Positions 29,901 through 37,309 of a stretch of 64,000 nucleotides of DNA are shown here, piece by piece. This DNA comes from a virus. The stretch is taken from the IMG/VR virus record IMGVR_UViG_3300022074_000012, positions 30,872 to 94,871 of that record. One strand, given 5' to 3'. Numbering within the stretch: the first letter of the stretch is position 1; the number at the start of each line of letters is the position of its first letter. The notes beneath the pieces are model-generated. The model was not told the DNA's origin. It saw only the letters and a program-made list of their open reading frames with translations, and ran no database searches. Position numbers and translations under genes: made by a program.

Positions 29901-30322
29901 TTACAATTAATACAACTTTAGAGGATGATATATCATCAGCATATGTAAGGGCGGGTATTAACAGTAATCTTACCTCAGCGGAAAGGAAGAAAAAATTGGA
30001 GGAAAGATTGAGAGCCTCTAGAGAATATATGCTTAAATCATTAGGTTTCGCAGATCTATTTAATGATGAAATAAAGATCTCTGATGTTGTAAGTAATACT
30101 TTTGACTACGAAGCAGTGATGCAGGGTTCAGGAAAATTTGGTAACTCAAGATTTAATGATCTTGTAAGTTTAGAAAAAAGACAGAAAGCAGCTGGAATAA
30201 GAAAACCACAACAAACTAAAAGGAGAGGTAAATTTAGAGGATACCAAAGAACAGGTAGAGATTCAAAGGGAATGACCACACGAGCAAGAGTAAATCCAAA
30301 TGATATTATTGGTTCAATCTAG
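23999..30322 (+). CDS. 2107-aa late, probably virion-associated protein with duplicated domains
   Basis: Long ORF after ATAAATA (23974); related N- and C-terminal domains; tandem ~65-aa Pro-rich repeat. Confidence 0.75.
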   Translation: MGKFSKIFHHIESKDLRNKHEQKKVAKIQEEKKKKEFKKYLVSTMETKKYNWREGMTTSDVSTISVEKLPGDGDVISVDTIDSASYEGTTGIISDGDNLGANVGTEIRDSGTGNGSDGGFNVGGQYLAFQGTGTGDNNSRFASLSPIDTSQVDTLTITAIVGNDVNGGEDPDLASECLFVMYKTPAMANAQFLLLKPDGSAGEGSGIIITTPLSHNGGLNNYSISVPEYARAEGTQFVLLQNFNSGVGFDHFGVTKINFQRKAPMNVVVPLDNPEASSFIRSAPPKSTSTPKKRKKAVDDKLQASDDYTGSRFGDEFPGREVRVGGEDPFASAKIGDDVEPSPQSKDDVKKTFAASRLKSALGKPESKPTTSPEEKLADILKTTILKPNQPKSGKDLSTFKSDGENKKTEVAVSTEARNSVKNSPEISEMIKGMTAEQKKAAIEKMYPEKAQEILDTADNNVIKSALEQGISATVVDGIAEITQPLIGAKTSANAFNEYNDFLGKVAKDPNTPGATYENPVNMSNQIEKADMNDLTTTINSGNYQSIVNSIRATNDENAQKELKKQLESMISDTIGNNFGLDNFMHNNVKVNLPHLLETGKTKLTKGYKFTTGGSIEGIETATSWDDGWFYGAKLISDALGLEYDTLGTGKVPFPQTFNVGGIDFAPGNIINIPVWTATTFGPAIIAKLGLTNTKNFDNSSYKSPMMFYEVDVPGKYSVDSKGNTIQSAKPSAAEQIKKTVSNVLNQGKEVVSNLFSFGAEDENAPQREDFPMGRSGAKKYSDAMKLYNAAKSVSDSSEASGIDSTEYGMDPARYWETLPFPPLSDENAALIAAAKSGGDAEMDALAKAHAEMMKQEIIAMQKAEAGGASPESLMALSVKQYEKRKPLEDALEIDSPVPPMPSEPIEPDRDDFPNTISGDKQYQDAKKAFDAKQASKEISELSNEDAQNRVFEIYDEDSDLFNQLYDPLYENDPIYKEYMGIYDQMEKNATPEGQELLKQQYEALEFTLQGYASKFVDTVLVQPGGINPFGYENTSNQAVTYAGKKDAPAGVYFWGMTDREQFEMAGVDLAKYDEAEAFVEPYEIGNLFGFVESQPDYIEAQAEDDRTMAIYQASSNISNSAWASYEAHADKYAGREFILPLEQAEYDRVTKRAEELYKTYEEAENKSYDDMMTMLDASRKRSDIFTKYTNKIDDSFDILNGAKEKRNEYWDNYEQELKSKMDVILSKINGDYDYNEDLRALDPQIEELFNRINKQFLNLYNNLDDILAEPEEGPEFDPFKDELKPGLGAEDGDELALFGKKPPNPGEKQGRATHINIINWWQSGGMMGKKPEGWSDQDIQNYINKFYLNKSSSKPQASSDPRAAFAGTGDDAATFAFDGTELASTFDLMKSGQVPYMTKDQIDKILVNPKFQKLLQDDPDLLPILQRMRAGRSSNVQVAHFVPRGDNLSEVMLVKKTKLQRPKQFFKEPNQFFNVNDIKPEFPENPPPKLDPNTGMHPEYGKKAKRYGKLDPISANSMPPTGDPEIDAVVKKQKTNESKLFEKLKNKSFFNQDDIKPEFPENPPPKLDSKTGMHPQYGKKANRFTKLDPISADSMPLTGDPETDAIVKKQKNKKNFKEWSQQLDSMWKSDWKNELKEQMTTSDTFITIIPGQGDVDLNTTGLGYTEDGIHQLQNIEPMTNVDDPTNAGKKFGRTHGYGGNTYGAINQYDTQAKADAGIEGTYWDQAVIGDLLDDNSNVRLSDYVWPFDRGATQAESDAARAASKVRGQNDCFRAVYPTNTFGNRHKATPVITNTTVGTDDDYNTAGLSIQFGAGADTRAPKFFVPNPVNTSEIDTVQILASLPDSDSITSAGSQLQLFYWSGDKPGFQSLYPETSGGYPFTKNQNDGWRPIAMKPNGETDSSVSSNLIDIIKPADYLGHGVINKFSIKIPEWCRTTSTRFMYVQLNGSGSRDRLRIYSIGYQRRNGITINTTLEDDISSAYVRAGINSNLTSAERKKKLEERLRASREYMLKSLGFADLFNDEIKISDVVSNTFDYEAVMQGSGKFGNSRFNDLVSLEKRQKAAGIRKPQQTKRRGKFRGYQRTGRDSKGMTTRARVNPNDIIGSI
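28415..28838 (+). repeat. Intragenic tandem duplication (2 x ~190 nt)
   Basis: FFN..DIKPEFPENPPPKLD..TGMHP.YGKKA.R..KLDPISA.SMP.TGDPE.DA.VKKQK occurs twice. Confidence 0.9.
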
Positions 30323-30339
30323 ATAAGTAGTTATACTTA

Positions 30340-30373
30340 TTGACATCTGTGTAAAGTTTTGTTAATATAAATA
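30340..30373 (+). promoter_or_regulatory. Overlapping sigma70 and T4 late promoters for psbA
   Basis: TTGACA(30340)-N17-TAATAT(30363) plus TATAAATA(30366). Confidence 0.8.
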
Positions 30374-30439
30374 CAACAGTGAGGGTTTCCTCACCATTAG
30401 AAAGGACTCGAAATTATCGTAACCCTGACTACACAACTG

Positions 30440-30555
30440 CTCCCAACCAAGACCTCTGTAGGCAGTATAATACCTCGTCTTTCATATCCAGTAGTGAGGG
30501 ATTACTGGAAATAAATATCGCATCTTCCCTGATGCCCTATTTAAACGTCTTACTA
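30440..30555 (+). ncRNA. Structured psbA leader, PhotoRC-II-like motif
   Basis: Hairpins CCAGTAGT-GAGGG-ATTACTGG and GCATC-TTCCCT-GATGC have complementary loops. The position upstream of phage psbA matches PhotoRC RNAs. Confidence 0.55.
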
Positions 30556-31644
30556 ATGACAACTCTTTCAAAACAAGGCAGACAACAAGGTCTGTTAGCA
30601 GGCTGGCCACAGTTCTGCGAATGGGTAACATCAACAAACAACAGAATTTACGTTGGTTGGTTTGGTGTCCTAATGATTCCATGCTTACTCGCAGCAGCAG
30701 CATGTTTCATCGTTGCTTTCATAGCAGCACCTCCAGTCGATATCGACGGAATCAGAGAACCAGTAGCGGGTTCTTTCTTGTATGGTAACAACATCATCTC
30801 TGGTGCAGTTGTTCCTTCATCAAACGCTATAGGTCTACACTTCTACCCAATCTGGGAAGCAGCAACAGTAGACGAATGGTTATATAACGGTGGTCCTTAC
30901 CAGTTAGTTATTTTCCACTTCCTAATCGGAATCTCTGCTTACATGGGCAGACAGTGGGAACTATCATACAGATTAGGTATGAGACCTTGGATATGTGTAG
31001 CATATTCAGCACCTGTATCTGCAGCATTTGCAGTATTCTTAGTATACCCATTCGGTCAGGGATCTTTCTCAGACGGAATGCCACTAGGTATCTCAGGAAC
31101 CTTTAACTTCATGTTCGTATTCCAAGCAGAGCACAACATCCTAATGCACCCTTTCCATATGGCAGGAGTAGCAGGAATGTTCGGAGGATCTTTATTCTCA
31201 GCAATGCACGGTTCTTTAGTTACATCTTCTCTAATCAGAGAGACAACTGAGCAAGAGTCTCAGAACTATGGTTACAAGTTCGGACAAGAAGAAGAAACAT
31301 ACAACATCGTAGCAGCACACGGTTACTTTGGTCGTCTTATCTTCCAGTATGCTTCATTCAACAACTCAAGAAGTTTACACTTCTTCCTAGCAGTATTCCC
31401 TGTAGTCTGTGTATGGTTAACCTCTATGGGTATCTGTACAATGGCATTCAACCTTAACGGTTTCAACTTCAACCAGTCTGTAGTAGACGCAAATGGTAAG
31501 ATTGTACCAACATGGGGAGATGTTCTTAACAGAGCAAACTTAGGAATGGAAGTAATGCATGAGAGAAATGCACACAACTTCCCACTTGACCTTGCTTCAG
31601 CAGAGTCAACAACAGTTGCTTTAACAGCACCTGCAATCGGTTAA
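30556..31644 (+). CDS. psbA: Photosystem II D1 protein
   Basis: MTTLSK...[11 protein letters not shown]...[13 protein letters not shown]; uninterrupted; Gln at the D1-130-equivalent position (YMGRQWE). Confidence 0.99.
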   Translation: MTTLSKQGRQQGLLAGWPQFCEWVTSTNNRIYVGWFGVLMIPCLLAAAACFIVAFIAAPPVDIDGIREPVAGSFLYGNNIISGAVVPSSNAIGLHFYPIWEAATVDEWLYNGGPYQLVIFHFLIGISAYMGRQWELSYRLGMRPWICVAYSAPVSAAFAVFLVYPFGQGSFSDGMPLGISGTFNFMFVFQAEHNILMHPFHMAGVAGMFGGSLFSAMHGSLVTSSLIRETTEQESQNYGYKFGQEEETYNIVAAHGYFGRLIFQYASFNNSRSLHFFLAVFPVVCVWLTSMGICTMAFNLNGFNFNQSVVDANGKIVPTWGDVLNRANLGMEVMHERNAHNFPLDLASAESTTVALTAPAIG

Positions 31645-31666
31645 TTTCTTAACTGATATTCAATCT

Positions 31667-31688
31667 AGGCACCTTCGGGTGCCTTTTT
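31667..31688 (+). terminator. Intrinsic terminator after psbA
   Basis: AGGCACC-TTCG-GGTGCCT-TTTT. Confidence 0.8.
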
Positions 31689-31702
31689 CATAGGAAAAAT
31701 TA

Positions 31703-32779
31703 ATGGTAGCATCTACTTTACAAGCACCTACAAGGGGTTGGTTTGATGTTCTTGATGACTGGTTAAAGAGAGATCGTTTCGTATTCATCGGATGGTCTGG
31801 TCTTATACTTTTACCTTGTGCTTACCTTTCTATCGGAGGTTGGTTCGTTGGAACTACTTTCGTAACAAGTTGGTATACACATGGTATTGCATCTTCATAT
31901 CTTGAAGGAGCAAACTTCTTAACAGCAGCAGTGTCAACACCTGGCGATGCAATGGGTCATAGTCTTATGTTCCTCTGGGGACCTGAAGCACAAGGTTCAT
32001 TCGTTCGTTGGTTACAACTCGGTGGACTCTGGAACTTCGTAGCACTTCACGGTGTGTTCGGACTCATAGGTTTTATGTTAAGGCAGTTTGAAATTGCAGG
32101 TCTTGTTGGGATTCGTCCTTACAATGCACTTGCATTCTCAGCAGTTATCGCAGTCTTCACTAGCATCTTTTTAATCTACCCACTAGGGCAGCATAGTTGG
32201 TTCTTCGCACCTTCATTTGGTGTCGCAGCAATCTTTAGATATATCTTATTCATTCAAGGTTTCCACAATATAACTCTTAACCCATTTCATATGATGGGTG
32301 TAGCAGGTATATTAGGAGGAGCACTACTCTGTGCAATACATGGAGCAACTGTTCAGAATACTTTGTATGAAGACACATCAATCTATACTGATGGTAAGGT
32401 TCAGAGTTCTACATTCAGAGCATTTGATCCTACACAGGAAGAGGAAACTTATAGTATGATTACAGCAAACAGATTCTGGTCACAGATATTTGGTGTTGCT
32501 TTTTCAAACAAAAGATTCTTACACTTCCTTATGTTGTTCGTACCTGTGATGGGTATGTGGACATCATCAATCGGTATCGTAGGTCTAGCACTTAACTTAA
32601 GAGCATACGATTTCGTATCTCAAGAGATAAGAGCAGCAGAAGACCCAGAGTTCGAGACTTTCTATACAAAGAACATTCTTTTAAACGAAGGTATGAGAGC
32701 ATGGATGTCTTCAGTTGACCAACCTCACGAGAACTTTGTGTTCCCAGAGGAAGTATTACCTCGTGGTAATGCACTCTAA
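31703..32779 (+). CDS. psbD: Photosystem II D2 protein
   Basis: [22 protein letters not shown]...[12 protein letters not shown]. Confidence 0.99.
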   Translation: MVASTLQAPTRGWFDVLDDWLKRDRFVFIGWSGLILLPCAYLSIGGWFVGTTFVTSWYTHGIASSYLEGANFLTAAVSTPGDAMGHSLMFLWGPEAQGSFVRWLQLGGLWNFVALHGVFGLIGFMLRQFEIAGLVGIRPYNALAFSAVIAVFTSIFLIYPLGQHSWFFAPSFGVAAIFRYILFIQGFHNITLNPFHMMGVAGILGGALLCAIHGATVQNTLYEDTSIYTDGKVQSSTFRAFDPTQEEETYSMITANRFWSQIFGVAFSNKRFLHFLMLFVPVMGMWTSSIGIVGLALNLRAYDFVSQEIRAAEDPEFETFYTKNILLNEGMRAWMSSVDQPHENFVFPEEVLPRGNAL

Positions 32780-32805
32780 ACCAAAAACCACTTTTAATTT
32801 ACATT

Positions 32806-32836
32806 TACCTCGGAAAAAATTTCGGGGTATTTTTTT
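32806..32836 (+). terminator. Intrinsic terminator after psbD
   Basis: TACCTCGGAA...TTTCGGGGTA followed by a T7 run. Confidence 0.65.
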
Positions 32837-32864
32837 GTCTATTAGACTTTTTTATAGATAAAAT

Positions 32865-33122
32865 ATGATCTTAGAAGAAGCCTGTCATTCTCTTAAACTT
32901 GAATGTGCCCTTAGAGATTTGGGGTTTGTGGATATTGGGTGGAAATGTGTAGCACATGCAGGAATATTTTTCGTTCAACCAATCGGAATACCCGATGATC
33001 CAGAGGGAGACTTACTAGGATTCTCTTTAACATTACCTAATACACATGATATGCGGAGAGTTCGTTTGATGCGAACTGCAAAGCAAGCATTAGATTATGC
33101 AGAAGGAAAAAATGGATATTGA
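32865..33122 (+). CDS. Hypothetical protein
   Basis: 85-aa ORF. Confidence 0.55.
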   Translation: MILEEACHSLKLECALRDLGFVDIGWKCVAHAGIFFVQPIGIPDDPEGDLLGFSLTLPNTHDMRRVRLMRTAKQALDYAEGKNGY

Positions 33123-33465
33123 CTTTGAATTAGAAACTCAACACTTATTTTTAATTGAAAGAGTTTGTAGAGCATGTGGCAAAGAGAAGAATTTAATTGC
33201 AGACTTTTATAAATGTCGTCCTGATGCAACAAAGATATCCTCTTATGCATACGAATGTAAAGAGTGTACTCGTGATCGTGTGAGAGAATATGAGAATAAA
33301 ATTAAGAAGAAATATAATATTGGTGCATGTATAATCTGTAAAGAAACAAACACAAAAGTGTCAAACAATGTGTGTTCAAACTGCGAAAAAGGATTGAAAG
33401 GGTTTAAACATAATGTTGACACCCTCAAAAATGCCATGCTATACTTAGATGAAAGTAATAAATAA
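33112..33465 (+). CDS. Zinc-finger protein, degenerate endonuclease VII-like
   Basis: Four CxxC pairs and an EndoVII-like tail (GLKGFKHNVDTLKNAMLYL), but no DHxH..RGLL catalytic segment. Confidence 0.55.
   Translation: MDIDFELETQHLFLIERVCRACGKEKNLIADFYKCRPDATKISSYAYECKECTRDRVREYENKIKKKYNIGACIICKETNTKVSNNVCSNCEKGLKGFKHNVDTLKNAMLYLDESNK
33416..33445 (+). promoter_or_regulatory. Sigma70 promoter (extended -10)
   Basis: TTGACA-N18-TATACT with TGn. Confidence 0.6.
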
Positions 33466-33487
33466 ATTTTAACTTACAAAGGATTTT

Positions 33488-33628
33488 ATGGCTAACGATC
33501 TCTGGCACGATATGAGTGTTCTTAATTCACTATATGAAGAACTCATGTGGGACAACCAAGATGATATTCAATTTAGAATTGAAGACGAAAGAATTGTAAT
33601 AAGAAACGTAACAGTCGAGAATGAATAA
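33488..33628 (+). CDS. 46-aa hypothetical protein, AbrB-like pattern
   Basis: MANDLWHDMSVLNSLYEELMWDNQDDIQFRIEDERIVIRNVTVENE; AAGGA SD. Confidence 0.55.
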   Translation: MANDLWHDMSVLNSLYEELMWDNQDDIQFRIEDERIVIRNVTVENE

Positions 33629-33872
33629 ACCTTATGATGATTCCAACTGGAGAGAGGAATACAAAGCATTTACATCCAATAAAAGATACCTTGAATTACT
33701 TGAGAATGGACCTCATAGTCTTTCTCAGGCATGGTTATTAGGTGCTTTGCATAATGAATGGAAAAGAATCAAAGGATATAAAGATGAATACCCAGAAGAA
33801 AACAAGGGTCAATTACAATCCTCTCTTTCAGAATGGGAAGAAAATATAAAAAAATATCAAAACGATAAATAA
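33621..33872 (+). CDS. Hypothetical protein
   Basis: 83-aa ORF. Confidence 0.6.
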   Translation: MNKPYDDSNWREEYKAFTSNKRYLELLENGPHSLSQAWLLGALHNEWKRIKGYKDEYPEENKGQLQSSLSEWEENIKKYQNDK

Positions 33873-33891
33873 TGGCAAGTCGCAATCACGT

Positions 33892-34263
33892 ATGACAATT
33901 TTATCCTCTCCTCAACAGTATTTGTTTAATTTGGAAACTACAAGTTCACAAGAAGCAAAAAGGTTATGGAGGCGAAAGATAAAGGAGACATGGGATTATG
34001 AGTGTGCTTATTGTGGATCAGATAATCACTTAACAATAGATCACATTGTTCCTCGTTCAAAAGGAGGAGCAGACTTTACAAAGAATGTAGTATGCTGCTG
34101 TCATTCCTGCAATCAAGATAAGTCGCATACTCCGTGGGAAGAATGGTATTTCTCTCAGGAGTTTTTTAGTAATGAGAGATACGAAAAGATAAAAGAATGG
34201 ATGGAACCAGAGCCTCCAACTAACTTATTTGCTTATCGACCAAGACGGAATAATGCAACTTGA
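33892..34263 (+). CDS. HNH endonuclease
   Basis: CAYCG..LTIDHIVPRSKGG..NVVCCCHSCNQDK. Confidence 0.85.
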   Translation: MTILSSPQQYLFNLETTSSQEAKRLWRRKIKETWDYECAYCGSDNHLTIDHIVPRSKGGADFTKNVVCCCHSCNQDKSHTPWEEWYFSQEFFSNERYEKIKEWMEPEPPTNLFAYRPRRNNAT

Positions 34264-34321
34264 ATAAATAACTAAAAGGTAGTATATACTGCTTTATTTT
34301 GGTACATACCGAATGAAATAA

Positions 34322-36931
34322 ATGGCAACACCATTCAGGCTGAAAAGGTCTGCGATTGCAAGTAAGCGTCCAGCGACGACTGATCTTCAATTAGGAGAAT
34401 TAGCACTCAATACTTATGACGGATATCTTTACACTGAGAGAGAAGGTGTAGGGTTAGCAACCGTTACAAATCTTACACCTTGGTATGAGAACTATGGTGG
34501 TGGGTCAATATATTATAGTAATTCAGTCGGTATTGGAACAACAGTTCCTCAGTATAACTTAGATGTACGCAAGGGTTCCATAGGTGGATATGATACTCTT
34601 GTAGCACAGCACTCAGATGTAATCAAAGAAATTGCGGTAACAGTCGCAAGTAAGACAGACGATCATAGATATCAAGGACAGGGAAGTGGTAATGGATATG
34701 TACTCGATGGTATTCAATCTCCTGTACTTACATTAACACCAGGTAGAACATATAAATTTAATCTAAGTTCAAGTGACATGTCTAGTCACCCATTTAGATT
34801 CTATCTTGATGAAGCAAAATCAGTTCAATATACAACTAACGTTACCACAACATCTACTTCTGCACAGATAACGATAACAGATGATACTCCAAATATTCTG
34901 CATTATCAGTGCTCATCACACGGGTATATGGGTAATGCCCTTATTATTAATTCAAATGTAATAAACACACCTTATGCTGCAATCATTCGTAATGGATTAG
35001 ATGTTTTAAGTGGTAATGTTGATATTTCATCAAATTTAGATGTTGATGGTAATACTACATTAGATATTACAACCATTGATGGTTTACTTGATATCAATGC
35101 AGGTGGTCAGGCAAATACATTCAAGGTAGAAGATTTAACAGCAGGTCGTGTTGTGATTGCTGGCACTGGTGGTGAATTAGAAGATAGTGGAAACTTATTA
35201 TTCAACGGAACTGATTTATCAGCAGCATCACTTATTGTATCTGATTTAACATCAGGTCGTGTTGTAATCGCTGGTGGTTCAGGTGCAGTTGAAGATAATG
35301 CAAATTTAAAATTCAATACAACTACATCAGAGTTTGAAGTTGTAGGTCATACAATATTAGATTCACTTAATGTATCTGGTATTTCAACTTTCACTGGTGA
35401 TATAGATGCAGATGCCTTTGTTATTGCAGGTTCTACTGGCACTGGTGGTATTAAAGTCGGTACTAGTTTACAGATTTTTGATGCCTCACATACTGCAATA
35501 AGACAACAAAACAGTGGATCAATATTTATTGATGCCGATAATATTGAGTTAAGAAATCGTAGTGCTGGTGGTTTTCGTGCATATGCTAAGTTTGGTAGTT
35601 GGGCTAGTGGAGCAGCAGGACTTTTCCACGATGATGGTTCAAACTCTAATGAAAGACTAAGAACCACTAGCACGGGTGTTTCAATTACAGGAAATGTATC
35701 TGCAGTTGATGGAGCATTTAGTGGAAATCTTACTGTAACTGGTAATGTTGGAATTGCTGGAACATTAACATACGAAGATGTAGATAGAATTGATGCAGTT
35801 GGTCTTAGTACATTTAGAGAAGGATTATTCATACCTGATAATCAGAAAGCTCAATTTGGAAATGCAGCAGGAAGTGCAGATTTAAACATATACCATAGTG
35901 GCAACAATGCTTTTCTTATTAATACTACTGGTTTTACCTCTTTAAAATCTTCAAACGGTATTTTATATCTTAGTGGAAATAGCACTCATATAAGATCAGG
36001 AGATGATGGAGAAACTCAGGCTGTATTTAATGATAATGGATCAGTAGATTTATATTTTAATAATGTAAAGAAATTTGAGACATCTCTCAAAGGCATCAAA
36101 GTTGGAACGGGTGTCACGATTGAAACAAATGGACAGGCAACATTCGCTGGCATTGTAACCGCAACAAAATTTATTGGTGACGGAAGTGATTTAACAGGTA
36201 TTGATGCATCTGCCTTGAAATTTGGTGGATCAGTCAAAGCACAAGCAAATGGTTTTGGTGTCGTTGTTACTGGTGTCACAACATCAAGTGGTGGTTTCTC
36301 TGGTAACTTATCTGGAACTGCGACTCTTGCAACTGATCTTGCAATCAATGGAACTAATCAGTTATTATATCAAGCATCAAATAATGACTCAGCAATCTTA
36401 CCAACTGGTAATTCAGGTCAAATACTACAATCAAATGGTGCAGGTTCTGCTCCACAATGGGTAACTTCTGCTCCTGCTGGTGCAATTGAAGGTATCACAA
36501 TTCGTGAGGAAAGTTCAGTTATTGGTTCAGCAAATAGTATTTCAACAATCAACTTTATTGGGGAATCAGTTACTGCTGATGCTGCTGTTGCCGCTGGTAT
36601 TGCCACTGTTACGATTAATGCTCTTTCAGGAATACTTGTTAAAGATGGTGGTGCAAATGTAGGAACAGGTATCACTGCATTTGATTTTGCAGGTTCACTC
36701 GTTGATGTTGACGCAGTATCAAACACTGGTATTGCTACAGTCCAGATTGATGGTTTATCAGTCAAAGATGAAGGTTCATCAGTCGGAACTGCAGGTAGCA
36801 TTACCACATTAAACTTTGTTGGTGCTGGTATCGTTGTTGATGCAGCTGCAAATGCAGGTGTTGCAACAATTACATCTGCTGGTGGTGTTACGAATGCTGA
36901 TGTTGTTGCTCTGGCGATTGCTTTGGGATGA
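34322..36931 (+). CDS. Tail fibre protein (proximal/scaffold)
   Basis: N-terminal LKRS..P....L..GELALNT.DG motif; Gly/Thr-rich beta repeats; C-terminal ALAIALG. Confidence 0.75.
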   Translation: MATPFRLKRSAIASKRPATTDLQLGELALNTYDGYLYTEREGVGLATVTNLTPWYENYGGGSIYYSNSVGIGTTVPQYNLDVRKGSIGGYDTLVAQHSDVIKEIAVTVASKTDDHRYQGQGSGNGYVLDGIQSPVLTLTPGRTYKFNLSSSDMSSHPFRFYLDEAKSVQYTTNVTTTSTSAQITITDDTPNILHYQCSSHGYMGNALIINSNVINTPYAAIIRNGLDVLSGNVDISSNLDVDGNTTLDITTIDGLLDINAGGQANTFKVEDLTAGRVVIAGTGGELEDSGNLLFNGTDLSAASLIVSDLTSGRVVIAGGSGAVEDNANLKFNTTTSEFEVVGHTILDSLNVSGISTFTGDIDADAFVIAGSTGTGGIKVGTSLQIFDASHTAIRQQNSGSIFIDADNIELRNRSAGGFRAYAKFGSWASGAAGLFHDDGSNSNERLRTTSTGVSITGNVSAVDGAFSGNLTVTGNVGIAGTLTYEDVDRIDAVGLSTFREGLFIPDNQKAQFGNAAGSADLNIYHSGNNAFLINTTGFTSLKSSNGILYLSGNSTHIRSGDDGETQAVFNDNGSVDLYFNNVKKFETSLKGIKVGTGVTIETNGQATFAGIVTATKFIGDGSDLTGIDASALKFGGSVKAQANGFGVVVTGVTTSSGGFSGNLSGTATLATDLAINGTNQLLYQASNNDSAILPTGNSGQILQSNGAGSAPQWVTSAPAGAIEGITIREESSVIGSANSISTINFIGESVTADAAVAAGIATVTINALSGILVKDGGANVGTGITAFDFAGSLVDVDAVSNTGIATVQIDGLSVKDEGSSVGTAGSITTLNFVGAGIVVDAAANAGVATITSAGGVTNADVVALAIALG

Positions 36932-36932
36932 T

Positions 36933-36940
36933 TATAAATA
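36933..36940 (+). promoter_or_regulatory. T4 late promoter
   Basis: TATAAATA. Confidence 0.7.
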
Positions 36941-36978
36941 TCTCAACGGGGATATTGCACCTTTTTAAACTATAAAAA

Positions 36979-37308
36979 ATGGCTAATACTTTTAAATTAA
37001 AATCGAAAAATAATATTGGTGTATCCACAGTTGGAATATACACAGTACCTGGTGCGACAACCACAGTTATCATTGGTGTGACTTGTACGAATGTATCTGG
37101 TCAAGGAATTAATGTTGGAATTGGAATATCAAGAGCAACAAATGGAGATGATATAAACATATTAAAGAACGTTCCTATCCCACAAGGATCTGCATTGGAA
37201 ATTATGCAAGGAAATAAGATAGTTGTAGAAGCAGTTGATACAGTCACAGCATTGAGTGATGTTAATAATAGTTTAGATGTTGCCTTGACAATAATGGAAA
37301 TAACATAA
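36979..37308 (+). CDS. Small structural (fibre-associated) protein
   Basis: MANTFK...LTIMEIT beta-rich protein following the ALAIALG fibre. Confidence 0.6.
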   Translation: MANTFKLKSKNNIGVSTVGIYTVPGATTTVIIGVTCTNVSGQGINVGIGISRATNGDDINILKNVPIPQGSALEIMQGNKIVVEAVDTVTALSDVNNSLDVALTIMEIT

Positions 37309-37309
37309 T

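Noticed and set aside
30379-30555. 59-aa N-terminal extension of D1 in the ORF track
   Set aside because: D1 homology begins at MTTLSK (30556). The upstream stretch is a structured 5' UTR directly after the promoter.
30556-32779. Group I intron in psbA or psbD
   Set aside because: Both frames are continuous and of normal length.
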